Shown here: piece after piece, positions 46,935 to 56,331 of the stretch | Layout: the number at the start of each line of letters is the position of its first letter | How positions within the stretch are numbered: the stretch's first letter is position 1 | Virus record (IMG/VR): IMGVR_UViG_3300044623_000784 | Coordinates: 54,085-118,084 of that record | Strand: one strand, 5' to 3' | Source of the DNA: a virus | Length of the DNA: 64,000 bases | Program-made: the position numbers and the translations under genes | The notes under the pieces: model-generated | Told to the model about the DNA's origin: nothing | The model's input: the letters and a program-made list of their open reading frames with translations, nothing else | Database searches by the model: none

Positions 46935-49678
46935 TTGTATCCTCCTCCGAAACACCTATCAAATGGTGGGTTTGAACAACTTGCTCCGCTTCCACAGCCA
47001 GTACTACATCCAGTAGAAGCACAACATCCAATAGATACGTCAAACGATGTACAGGTTACCCCAGATGTTGGTGCTGCAGTTGTGGTTGCTGCAGTTGTGG
47101 CTGCAGTTGTGGTTGCTGCAGTTGTGGCTGCGGTTGTAGTTGCTGCGGTCGTAGTAGTTGTTGGTGCTGCAGTTGTAGTTGCTGCAGTCGTTGTTGTGGT
47201 TGGTGCTGGGGTCGTAGTTGCTGCAGTCGTTGTTGTGGTTGGTGCTGGGGTCGTAGTTGCTGCAGTCGTTGTTGTGGTTGGTGCTGGGGTCGTAGTTGCT
47301 GCAGTCGTAGTTGTTGCAGGAGCAAAATATGGGAAGAATGGAGGTGCTGCAGTTGTAGTTGTACAATTTGGCAATGCTGGTGCAGACCCTTGTTGATAAG
47401 TAATATTGCTTACGCCATCATAATTTCCACTTATCCAATTAGCAAGTGATGATTGAGTTGTAAAGGAAGATCCTCCGTCTGATATTGCAACTCCGTTTGT
47501 ACAGAATGAAGCAAACCATCCAGTTGCTGCTGTCGTAGTTGTTGTAGTTGTTGGTGCTGGGGTCGTAGTAGTTGTTGGTGCTGGCGAAGTTGATGCTGCA
47601 GTCGTAGTTGCTGCTGTCGTTGTTGTTGTAGTTGTTGGTGCTGCAGTCGTAGTAGTTGTTGCAGTAGTTACTCCACAACTTGCTGGTGAAACAGAAGGTG
47701 TATTTGATGTTCCTGCTGCACAGTTCCATCCTGAACCAATTTCTCCCATAGATGTCATTTCATTAAATATCGCACTACACGTTGTTCCTGCTTCAAACAG
47801 TGGTCCGACAACTGTTCCAGGACTATAACCTGCGCTTACGCTGCCACAATATGTGTACCAGACTCCTGATGTTACTGGTGCTACGGTAGTTGTAGTTGTT
47901 GTTGCTGCGGTCGTGGTTGTAGTTGTTGCTGGTGTTGAAGATGTAGTTCCTGGTGCGACTGTTGTTGTAGTAGTTGTAGTAGGATTACATCCAGTTGGTG
48001 TTGTAGAAACCCCACCCTGTGTAGTATTTCCTATTCCTGGCTCATCTGCATCACATGCAGCGTTTAGACCTGTTACTGCAGCACTACTGTTAGCGTAAGT
48101 TCCACTGACTCCTGCTCCATTAGTACAGCAAGCATAATAAGTTGTTCCTGTTGGTGCTGGAGTAGTTGTAGTGGTTGTAGTTGTTCCAGCACATCCAGTT
48201 GGTAGTGCAGGAGCAGATCCTTGCTGGTAAGTAACATTACTTACATTTTCATAATTACCATTTATCCATGCTTCAAGTGCTCCAACGGATGTATACTGAG
48301 ATCCTCCGTCTGTCATTGCAATTCCATTAGAACAGAATGAGGCAAAATATCCACTTGTTGGTGCAGCAGTTGTTGTTGTAGTCGTGGTTGTACTTGTAGT
48401 GACACCTGAAGGAACAGTGTAACTTATTGTTGAAGAAGCAGATGCTCCTTGTTGATTGTCAGAAGCATAAACAGTTAATGTTAAAGTATAAGTTGTTCCC
48501 TTGTTTGCCATTCCAAGGTATGCGTCAGTATCTGAGTTAGCATTACTTGTATAAGTGCTTCCATTAGCAGTTGAAGGAGACGCAGTTATTTGATAAGATG
48601 ATGCATTTGAATAGTTAAATATTGTCCAGATAGCCTGTTGTGTTTGTGTATCGGTACATCCTCCTACGTCAGGGTTTTCACACTGAGCAGAGAAAGAACT
48701 AATTGTTGGTGTAATTACTGGCGCTACAGTCGTAGTTGTAGTTGTTGTTGCTGCAGTCGTGGTTGTAGTTGTTGCTGGTGTTGAAGATGTAGTTCCTGGT
48801 GCGACTGTTGTTGTAGTAGTTGTAGTGGCTGGTGCTGGTGTTGAAGATGTAGTTCCTGGCGCTGCTGTAGTAGTTGTAGTGGCTGGCGCTGCTGTAGTAG
48901 TTGTAGTGGTTGTCGGTGCTGCGGTTGTAGTAGTTGCTACAGCAACACCTTCATATATATCTCCATACAAAACCCAACTATCTGTTGCAACTTTTATTAA
49001 AGTTCCCTTGCTATATCTTCCATCTAAGAATAATTGTGAATTTTTACTATTAATAGTCACACCAGATGCTGGAACAAAAGTTGTTTTTTCTGAACCAAAT
49101 TCAATAAAATGATATTGATATCCAACTGGAATTGCAACTGAAGAATTTAGCGGGATAGTTAAATTCATTGGTGAAGATGTTGACAAAAGAATAGTCTTGC
49201 TAACATCTGCCAACTCTAATGTAAAACTAGAATTTTTTGTAATAACTGTTGAGGTATTTGAAATGCTTGGCTCAAGATCAAATTGGAATGTTCCTGAGTT
49301 CCAGTCAATTCCAACTCCTGCAAGCGTTGACTGATTTACGGTAGAGTTATCTATTCCAGAATCAACATATGCTTTTGTTGCAAGAAGGGCTGTGTTTGCT
49401 ATTCCGTGAACATTTATTGTGGCTGCATTGTGTGCTGCGATGGCTGCATCTCTATTTACTATTTCTGCTGCGTCGGCATCTACAAGGTTTTGAAGGTGTT
49501 TTGCTATTGAAGGGGATACAAGGTTTGATGGTGTTGTATTTGCGCCATCATAAGTATAGGATCCATAGTGATATAGTCTGAGCGCTGCCTGAATATCGGC
49601 TGCATCTCCAAGACCTGGGATTTTGGCATTAAATAGTCCAGTACCATTAACGGTATTGTCAATATTTTCTGCTGCCAC
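46928..49678 (-). CDS. fibre-anchored mucin-like Thr/Ala/Pro-rich protein with Cys-rich modules
   Basis: N-terminal fibre modules shared with 36696-38552 (VHGIANTALLATK, WVLYGDI); long T-runs; duplicated FASFC...QQGSAPALP module; Cys-rich C-terminus. Confidence 0.85.
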   Translation of the reverse strand: MAAENIDNTVNGTGLFNAKIPGLGDAADIQAALRLYHYGSYTYDGANTTPSNLVSPSIAKHLQNLVDADAAEIVNRDAAIAAHNAATINVHGIANTALLATKAYVDSGIDNSTVNQSTLAGVGIDWNSGTFQFDLEPSISNTSTVITKNSSFTLELADVSKTILLSTSSPMNLTIPLNSSVAIPVGYQYHFIEFGSEKTTFVPASGVTINSKNSQLFLDGRYSKGTLIKVATDSWVLYGDIYEGVAVATTTTAAPTTTTTTTAAPATTTTTAAPGTTSSTPAPATTTTTTTVAPGTTSSTPATTTTTTAATTTTTTTVAPVITPTISSFSAQCENPDVGGCTDTQTQQAIWTIFNYSNASSYQITASPSTANGSTYTSNANSDTDAYLGMANKGTTYTLTLTVYASDNQQGASASSTISYTVPSGVTTSTTTTTTTTAAPTSGYFASFCSNGIAMTDGGSQYTSVGALEAWINGNYENVSNVTYQQGSAPALPTGCAGTTTTTTTTPAPTGTTYYACCTNGAGVSGTYANSSAAVTGLNAACDADEPGIGNTTQGGVSTTPTGCNPTTTTTTTVAPGTTSSTPATTTTTTAATTTTTTVAPVTSGVWYTYCGSVSAGYSPGTVVGPLFEAGTTCSAIFNEMTSMGEIGSGWNCAAGTSNTPSVSPASCGVTTATTTTTAAPTTTTTTTAATTTAASTSPAPTTTTTPAPTTTTTTTAATGWFASFCTNGVAISDGGSSFTTQSSLANWISGNYDGVSNITYQQGSAPALPNCTTTTAAPPFFPYFAPATTTTAATTTPAPTTTTTAATTTPAPTTTTTAATTTPAPTTTTTAATTTAAPTTTTTAATTTAATTAATTTAATTAATTTAAPTSGVTCTSFDVSIGCCASTGCSTGCGSGASCSNPPFDRCFGGGYNC

Positions 49679-49697
49679 TATAGATCACCCTTTTTCA

Positions 49698-50297
49698 TTA
49701 TACCACCGTAATAAATAGGTGGACAAGTTTAGGCCCAGTCATATCTGACCAGACTCCATCTACATATTCTACTCCCTTTATTTCAAGTGGTAGTGCTAAG
49801 AATCCCTGTGTTGTTATTAAGTCTTTTACTATAAGGTTTGTTGCTAGTGGTCCAGATGTTTCTGACGAAGATATTGAGTACTGAATGCTGAATCTGGAAG
49901 AACTCACAGTCCCATCTGATAAAGCATAGATATCTGTAACATTGATTGGTGGAATTGTTATCTTTCCATTTACTGGACTAAAAGGACCTTTTATATCTGA
50001 GTAAAAATCTGTTTTTAAACTAACAAGAGGAGTCCACTGAGGAGTACCTGATGGAGTGGAGATATATTGAAAAACTGTTCTGTATGTATCTGAACTTGGA
50101 CTATAATCAACAGCAAGGTCTAATGCTTGAACATCTTGAGCAATTAAATTTGCTACACTAGCGTTTCTTGGATCTCCCTGAACGCCAACAATAATACTTC
50201 CACGGTCACCTGGTGGTCCAAAATCTAAATCAAGTTTTATTTCTGCTGGCCCACCAAAGACCGCCATATCATCATTTGATAATAGTATGTCTGCCAT
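49698..50297 (-). CDS. hypothetical structural protein
   Basis: DFGPPGDRGS motif; in the fibre gene block. Confidence 0.6.
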   Translation of the reverse strand: MADILLSNDDMAVFGGPAEIKLDLDFGPPGDRGSIIVGVQGDPRNASVANLIAQDVQALDLAVDYSPSSDTYRTVFQYISTPSGTPQWTPLVSLKTDFYSDIKGPFSPVNGKITIPPINVTDIYALSDGTVSSSRFSIQYSISSSETSGPLATNLIVKDLITTQGFLALPLEIKGVEYVDGVWSDMTGPKLVHLFITVV

Positions 50298-50299
50298 TA

Positions 50300-51055
50300 T
50301 TAAGCACCTGTTGCAGGGAATACTGCAGTAACTATTCCTGAGTCAATTGGATTTGTAACAAGTGTTGCGTGTTCTACTGTAAACTTATTTGCTGGAGTTC
50401 CAATAAGAGAATATGGCTGCTTTGCACTTACTGTAATTTTTGCAAGATACACTGTTGAAGCAACAAAATTTCCAACCAAAGGAGTTGTTCCATTAGATTC
50501 AAACCAGGAGACTGTTCCTGAATGTTCTGCTGTTTCAAATACTGATGAAACTGGTGTTGCTCCTTTAACTGGTTTTGTGACTCCTCTAATATTATAGTTT
50601 GAAAGTGTTGGACGGTTATTTGGATTTGCTCCAGTAACTTGGTCTGTAATAGTTATCTTGCCTGTCATCAGCGTGTATACTTTTTCATAAAAAGGATTTT
50701 CGTAATTTCCTTCTGCTGCCCTTACCTCAACGTCATAGACATACTCTGTTCCAGCATTTAGTTCTACTGAGTCAGACGGTCTAATTGCACACTGAACAAA
50801 TGTTCCGTCATCTGATATTTTAGCAAAACATTTAATTGGGGTTCCTGCAGATCCACGAACGGTAGATATTGTAAACTGAGCGCTATCATATGGGGCTGAA
50901 ACGTCCAAAGCATAGTCTGGACTATTTGCAAAATTTGTTGGCACTGTAAAAGCACCTAAAAGGTGAGATGTTCCGTCGTCCTTTTTCGGGTAGATACGAA
51001 ACTCAAAGGTATCACCCTTATAATAATTAAAGTCATAGGTCGCTGGAAATGCCAT
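50300..51055 (-). CDS. hypothetical structural protein (adaptor-like plus Ig-like domain)
   Basis: YYKGDTF...YVYDVEV; C-terminal PVKGATP...VSW...FPAT. Confidence 0.6.
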   Translation of the reverse strand: MAFPATYDFNYYKGDTFEFRIYPKKDDGTSHLLGAFTVPTNFANSPDYALDVSAPYDSAQFTISTVRGSAGTPIKCFAKISDDGTFVQCAIRPSDSVELNAGTEYVYDVEVRAAEGNYENPFYEKVYTLMTGKITITDQVTGANPNNRPTLSNYNIRGVTKPVKGATPVSSVFETAEHSGTVSWFESNGTTPLVGNFVASTVYLAKITVSAKQPYSLIGTPANKFTVEHATLVTNPIDSGIVTAVFPATGA

Positions 51056-51062
51056 GGTTTTA

Positions 51063-51794
51063 TTATACCACGCTGACGTAGACAGAATTGAGGATTACGG
51101 ATGAGTCAAAGTCTGTTCTGATTTGAGGCACTGCTCCATTGCCCCACATGGCTTGATCTTCAATAAATATTTGCTGTGTTGCTGATAAGTTATAAACGTT
51201 TTGATATTTAAAAGACCCAACCAACTGGACAAACTCTTTGTCTTTGCTTGCAAAATATGTCCTTAGCCAAACTTCTGTATTAGCGGTATATGTCGTTAGT
51301 TCAAAGTTATATGTTACAAATACTTGGGATCCTTCTTTGATACCATGAAAGTTTAGGGCTCGCTGGTGGCTGTTCCAAAGACTGGTACATCCTTTTGGAA
51401 GGTATGTCTCATTCTGAGTTTTTTCTTTTGTGTCTAATGACAATGTCACCCACCCATCATCGCCTTGAGAGATTCCAAGTTTTATTGGTTTGTCAATAGT
51501 GTTTTCATATGAGGCCCAACCAGCCTGTTGTCCTGAAGAAGATAAAGAACTTAACCCGTTTTGTCCAGTTGCTCCCTTTTCTCCCTTTTGCCCCTTTTGT
51601 CCTTCTGGACCTATAGGACCTGGCAATCCATCTTTACCATCTCTTCCTGCTGGTCCTTGAGGACCTTGTGGTCCAGGAACTGGTAGAAATGAAAGAGTAT
51701 TTTCTTGATATGTAGAGATTTGACTTTGCTCTACTTGAGCAGCATAAGAAGATTTTTTTGCACCAGGGAAGTCCATAGATTTAGAAGCAGCCAT
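51063..51794 (-). CDS. collagen-like (Gly-X-Y) protein
   Basis: GPQGPQGPAGRDGKDGLPGPIGPEGQKGQKGEKGATGQNG. Confidence 0.8.
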   Translation of the reverse strand: MAASKSMDFPGAKKSSYAAQVEQSQISTYQENTLSFLPVPGPQGPQGPAGRDGKDGLPGPIGPEGQKGQKGEKGATGQNGLSSLSSSGQQAGWASYENTIDKPIKLGISQGDDGWVTLSLDTKEKTQNETYLPKGCTSLWNSHQRALNFHGIKEGSQVFVTYNFELTTYTANTEVWLRTYFASKDKEFVQLVGSFKYQNVYNLSATQQIFIEDQAMWGNGAVPQIRTDFDSSVILNSVYVSVV

Positions 51795-51900
51795 AAGGAC
51801 ATTATCTCACGGGATTATTTATTTACTTTAAAAGTTTTGTTTTTAATTCTAACCACTGATGGTAACTCAGGTCTAGGGGTTGTAATTTTTACTACTGCCA

Positions 51901-52281
51901 TTATAGGCTACCTGTAACATCGCCAATTACTGAGATGGTTCCAATCAGAGGAGTCCAGATTGTGTCTGAGTCAATTGTAACCTGTAGATCAAAGGTTAGT
52001 TCTGTTACTATTGTTTTATAGCCAGTACCCCATAGTTCTGTAATTGATGCTGGTGCCATAATGTCTACATATCCTGCTCCAGGTGTAATTTCCAGGGAAT
52101 CAAGAGCATCAGATTGAGGATCATAAGAAGTAGCCTCATACGTCCAATCAGAGGTATCAAAATATGTGGTTTCATCATCATCTAAAAATTCAACACGAAG
52201 TGGGGAGGTGTCGCCTCTAACAATTTGCCATTTAATTCTGGCTGGATCTGCTCCAAAAACCTCTGGTCCATGCATAGTCAT
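51901..52281 (-). CDS. adaptor-like structural protein
   Basis: IVRGDTS; paralog of 41827-42243. Confidence 0.6.
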   Translation of the reverse strand: MTMHGPEVFGADPARIKWQIVRGDTSPLRVEFLDDDETTYFDTSDWTYEATSYDPQSDALDSLEITPGAGYVDIMAPASITELWGTGYKTIVTELTFDLQVTIDSDTIWTPLIGTISVIGDVTGSL

Positions 52282-52303
52282 AATGTGATTATACCATAAA
52301 AAA

Positions 52304-52350
52304 GACTAATACCTTGATTGGTGGGTATAGGACAAACCAAGGTATTAGCC
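52304..52350. terminator. long hairpin
   Basis: CTAATACCTTG...CAAGGTATTAG perfect 11-bp inverted repeat next to an A-run. Confidence 0.6.
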
Positions 52351-52526
52351 AGTAATAAAATTATACCATAATAGACAAAATGGACATTGATATTTAAAGT
52401 TATCAAATTGTTATAATAAAGAATGTCCGATTTGATACCATAAGTCTGTTTTAGCCAGGATTGCGATAGTGTATACTTTAAATATATAAGAAAAAAGAAC
52501 TATCTTTATAGTTTTAAAAACTATCT

Positions 52527-53198
52527 TTATATATAGTATATAGGCCAATTCATATTAATGCAAAGTGTGTGATAATTAATTTTTTCTTTGTTAAATACAA
52601 CATCTAAATTACTATTAAACAAGGTTTTGTATTCAGCAGCGTGACTATAATAATCATTATTAAAAAATATTAATTCCTTGTTTTTCATTGCTACTTCTGA
52701 TACAATTCTATTTTCTAAAGATGCAAAAGGTAAATTTGGAATATCTTTTATGTCTGTATTTCTATATTCTAAAATAATTTTATCTATCATTTCTTTAATA
52801 ATTTTATTATTTTTTACTGCGCCAAAATTTGAAGATCCTATACCTGAATGTTGAAATCCCTCTGGAGAAAATACAAGGTCTTTACCGTCATAAATATTTA
52901 ATAATGTTTCATCTATACCTTTAACACATACAGCATCCATATCGGAATAAAATCCTCCGTGATTATAAATTGTAACTAATCTCCAAATATCTGATTGGTG
53001 TGTTTTAGCAGACTCTAAATAATAACTATGTAAAAATTCATCATATTCTTTTACTGCCAAAGATCTTTCTTCTGCTCCGACATATCTATATTCCCACCCT
53101 GGATTTAGATTTTTCCAAGTGTTTGTAATGTCTTTTTGAAATGGTAACAGATCGTTATATTTGTTTTCGTGAGTTTGCCAAATAATCTTTGGTATCAT
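52527..53198 (-). CDS. glycosyltransferase, GT32 / DXD sugar-binding (OCH1-like)
   Basis: MIPKIIWQT, TWKNLNPGWEY and SDIWRLVTIYNHGGFYSDMD. Confidence 0.85.
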   Translation of the reverse strand: MIPKIIWQTHENKYNDLLPFQKDITNTWKNLNPGWEYRYVGAEERSLAVKEYDEFLHSYYLESAKTHQSDIWRLVTIYNHGGFYSDMDAVCVKGIDETLLNIYDGKDLVFSPEGFQHSGIGSSNFGAVKNNKIIKEMIDKIILEYRNTDIKDIPNLPFASLENRIVSEVAMKNKELIFFNNDYYSHAAEYKTLFNSNLDVVFNKEKINYHTLCINMNWPIYYI

Positions 53199-53203
53199 TT
53201 TAA

Positions 53204-53473
53204 TTACTTCTTGTCATTTTTAGCAATATGTTCAAGCAAAATTCTATACAATTCGTCTAGTTTTCTTTCTTGGCGATCTCGTGATTCTTCGGAATTAATT
53301 TTTTGTTCCTGAACAGCCAACTCTAATCTTGACATTTGGTCTTTCATCGATGATCCAGAATTGGGCTTAAGTTCGCTGAGATAATGTTTTACCATCCACT
53401 TGATTGCAAAGGCGATTGATGATACAATTGTAAGTATCGCTACGATTAAGGAAGCCCAGTCTTGTATTGTCAT
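53204..53473 (-). CDS. single-TM membrane protein (holin-like / lysis-associated)
   Basis: MTIQDWASLIVAILTIVSSIAFAIKW...PNSGSSMKD followed by a coiled coil. Confidence 0.6.
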   Translation of the reverse strand: MTIQDWASLIVAILTIVSSIAFAIKWMVKHYLSELKPNSGSSMKDQMSRLELAVQEQKINSEESRDRQERKLDELYRILLEHIAKNDKK

Positions 53474-53507
53474 AACTATATTATTATAACAGGAGTATTT
53501 GAATAAA

Positions 53508-54278
53508 ATGAAAACAGAGATACTTAACACACTAGAGCATTCGACGAATCTTATTATATCCCCTGACATGGATGGTTTTATGTCCGCAAAATTACTAGAG
53601 CGTTTTAACGGTTCGAAAATAGTGGGTTCGTACGATAAAAATCTTTTATGTCTCGCCGACGGGATCAATCCAGAAGAATGTTTGTTCGTCGACTGCGATA
53701 TGAATCGACAAGAGTTTGTATCTCTCGGAAACCATATGCGACTCTTGGAAGATAATATGTCTGTCGAGTCGTTTAATCCAAATGTTCACTTTGGCGTTTC
53801 GACATATAGCGACAAGTTTCCTTTCGCAACCGCTTTTTTGATAAGTTTCGCAATAGAGGCTGATCTCTCCGAACAAGACCTTATACGCATGGCTTTCGCT
53901 GACTCAACTCTCAAGAACATGGAGAAATACAGCGACAACATGCGAAACTGGTCTACACGGATGGATCATTTTGCAACAAGGTACATAATAGACAATTCGG
54001 ACATTGCAAGAAAGAATGATGCACAAGCAAGGTTTGATTATGTTGATCAATCATTTGTGTCAAAACGTTATGGCAAGGAACGTTACTTGGATACCCTTAA
54101 TAAGGCCCTAGAAGGGCAGGGGATGAAGTTCCAGGAACTAACCAATGGTAGGAAGTACCTGTGTGACAAAGTTGGCAAAGAAACCCTTATAAGGTATAAT
54201 AGAGATATCATCTCTTATGCAGAGATATTTACAGGGGAGTACTCTGTAACTTACGACCAAGAAAAGGAATGGGTATGA
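53508..54278 (+). CDS. DHH-superfamily phosphoesterase-like protein
   Basis: ISPDMDGFMS (DxDG motif I), FVDCD (motif II) and a degenerate LGNH. Confidence 0.55.
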   Translation: MKTEILNTLEHSTNLIISPDMDGFMSAKLLERFNGSKIVGSYDKNLLCLADGINPEECLFVDCDMNRQEFVSLGNHMRLLEDNMSVESFNPNVHFGVSTYSDKFPFATAFLISFAIEADLSEQDLIRMAFADSTLKNMEKYSDNMRNWSTRMDHFATRYIIDNSDIARKNDAQARFDYVDQSFVSKRYGKERYLDTLNKALEGQGMKFQELTNGRKYLCDKVGKETLIRYNRDIISYAEIFTGEYSVTYDQEKEWV

Positions 54279-54460
54279 CAAAAGAACAAGCAGTAGACAT
54301 AATGATGGAAAGCATCAATGCAGATAATCTTGCATTAGGCCTCCAGGCTGGACTAGATGAGACAGCGCTAAAGTCTCAAATTGAGCAATCACAGCCAAGC
54401 CTTGGCTTTATGATGTCAAACATCTATGACAAGTTAAAAGCAGGTGGCGTAATTGCCTAA
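54275..54460 (+). CDS. hypothetical protein
   Basis: ATGA coupling with the upstream gene. Confidence 0.6.
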   Translation: MTKEQAVDIMMESINADNLALGLQAGLDETALKSQIEQSQPSLGFMMSNIYDKLKAGGVIA

Positions 54461-54653
54461 GTTTTATTACAAACCAATTTTAGAAAAGATTCAAGAAGCA
54501 TATCTGGCAAATGCCCAAAAAGAGTACGAGCCAGGGTTTGATGTCGAGTCAAATGTAAGACTTGTTATTGAAGCAGATACTGAGGAGTTGGCTGATCTAT
54601 CTCGTTATGGGTTTGTTGATATTCGTATGTGGGAATTAGCCAGTGAAGGTTAA
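54453..54653 (+). CDS. hypothetical protein
   Basis: Overlaps both neighbouring genes. Confidence 0.55.
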   Translation: MPKFYYKPILEKIQEAYLANAQKEYEPGFDVESNVRLVIEADTEELADLSRYGFVDIRMWELASEG

Positions 54654-55233
54654 CCTTCTATCCCCCGACATTTACGAGATTGAAGACTTTGTAAGTATCC
54701 AAGAGCAAGAAGAGGTTTTGAACTATTGCAAAACCTTAGATGAGGCTGAATGGTGGAAATCTTATAACGAAGAATACGAAAAAGGTTTCTTTTTTGGAAA
54801 GCAAAAAATAGGAGAACTTCCACCAGTCTTTTATCAAATTAGCGACAAAGTAAAAACCTTGTTTGACGATGTTTTATACTTTGATCACGTTTCGTTGCAA
54901 AGACACCCAAGTGGAAACTTTATGGAAGTACATAAAGACTATTGGAATAAAGAGATTGATTACTATATTCGTTATGGGATTGTTATATATTACAATGACG
55001 ATTATCTAGGTGGAGAGATACATTATCCATCCCTGGATTTTTCTCACAAACCAAAAGCCAGGTCTTTAGTTATGCATGGTGGAAATATACCACATGGAAC
55101 CACAGAAGTTACAAGTGATGGCTATAGGTATTTTTCTACTTCGTTTGTTAGAGGAACTGTCGACAAACCAGTTATCTTAAACCCAGAGTTATTTGGTGAT
55201 GTTGAGAAAACTGATGGATCTGCTTATCCTTAA
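54643..55233 (+). CDS. 2OG-Fe(II) oxygenase (eighth copy)
   Basis: HKD, YYNDDYLGGEIHY, HGT, RYF. Confidence 0.85.
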   Translation: MKVNLLSPDIYEIEDFVSIQEQEEVLNYCKTLDEAEWWKSYNEEYEKGFFFGKQKIGELPPVFYQISDKVKTLFDDVLYFDHVSLQRHPSGNFMEVHKDYWNKEIDYYIRYGIVIYYNDDYLGGEIHYPSLDFSHKPKARSLVMHGGNIPHGTTEVTSDGYRYFSTSFVRGTVDKPVILNPELFGDVEKTDGSAYP

Positions 55234-55400
55234 GCGCTATTTCTTATAAACTGTGCTATATCGTGTGACGCATTATGATACATACCGTGAAATTTATTCT
55301 CAACTTGTTTTGCAATAGCAAACCTTATTCTCTGCTCAATCTGAAATAATAAAATTGCTTGTGCTTGTTCTGGAGTTAGTTGTTGTTGATCGCTATCCAT
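55230..55400 (-). CDS. hypothetical protein
   Basis: MDSDQQQLTPEQAQA... Confidence 0.5.
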   Translation of the reverse strand: MDSDQQQLTPEQAQAILLFQIEQRIRFAIAKQVENKFHGMYHNASHDIAQFIRNSA

Positions 55401-55560
55401 TTTTGCAACCACATTCTGTGCAACAGGTTTCTGAAAATAATTTTACAGCCAGGTTGGGCTCTTCTATTGACCTTCCCATATTGTCTGTTACTGGTATAGG
55501 CTTGGATTCGAATAAGAATTCGTCATCCCAGGCATTTTCTAGATTATCTAAGATTCCCAT
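55393..55560 (-). CDS. small protein with a C-terminal CCxxCxC
   Basis: GGAG SD; MGILDNLENAWDDEF...TCCTECGCKNG (read manually). Confidence 0.55.
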   Translation of the reverse strand: MGILDNLENAWDDEFLFESKPIPVTDNMGRSIEEPNLAVKLFSETCCTECGCKNG

Positions 55561-55591
55561 ATTGATCTCCTAATGATTCTGAAAAATAAAA

Positions 55592-55852
55592 TTAGATGGA
55601 AAGTTTCCAGTTTGCATAATCTGCTTGTTCTTCTTCAGAGCCAAATTTTTCAAACAAGATATCATACATCTCTACCAAAGTTTTACCATCTGCCCACTCT
55701 TGAGTGATAGTGATGCCAACTTCCTGTCTTTCATCGGCTGACATTGCGCTTTGATCCAAACCTTTTTCGACAGTTATGCTTAAAACCAGTTTGGCCATAA
55801 ACGTCTCTAGTAACTCAGGTTTTTCTGAAGCCTCAAAATAGTTAGTTAACAT
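55592..55852 (-). CDS. hypothetical protein
   Basis: GGAGG SD; upstream TGCTATAAT. Confidence 0.65.
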   Translation of the reverse strand: MLTNYFEASEKPELLETFMAKLVLSITVEKGLDQSAMSADERQEVGITITQEWADGKTLVEMYDILFEKFGSEEEQADYANWKLSI

Positions 55853-56044
55853 AATTCCTCCTACAAGAACTCTATATAATTATAGCACCTCTTTCATTGA
55901 GCCTTTCTATACCATGCCCAAAACCCAAATAGCCTAAAATCTGAATATTTTGTCCAGATGTATGATACATAGTATTGAGAATAAAAACATAAAAAAATAG
56001 TGCGCCCATAACGGACACACTACTAGTTTGATCTATCTAGTTGC

Positions 56045-56233
56045 TTAGATTTTGGGTGCCTTACCCTGTATCCACCCACTATGGATGCCTACTAGTGGCG
56101 CATCAATGTTGACTGCCGTACCTAATGGTAGTGCCGACTCAAACAATTCAATAAACTCTAGTAGGTGTTCCTTAGTATCGAATTCCATACCCTTAGTAGT
56201 ACCCATTGTTGTTGTTAATGTTGCTTTTATCAT
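56045..56233 (-). CDS. small hypothetical protein, paralog of 58176-58361
   Basis: MIKATLTTTMGTTK...LPLG...QGKA. Confidence 0.6.
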   Translation of the reverse strand: MIKATLTTTMGTTKGMEFDTKEHLLEFIELFESALPLGTAVNIDAPLVGIHSGWIQGKAPKI

Positions 56234-56331
56234 TTGTTCTTCTTTCTTGTAATGGCTTCTGTCGTAGTTACTTATTGTTCCCCCGCTTTTGAGGTGTGCC
56301 CTTCGTCTATCTCGTTCGGATAACATAGTTC

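Noticed and set aside
46935-49112. Val-rich + strand ORFs and Gln- or Asn/Cys-rich alternative-frame ORFs
   Set aside because: Shadows of the Thr-rich repeats of the mucin-like gene.
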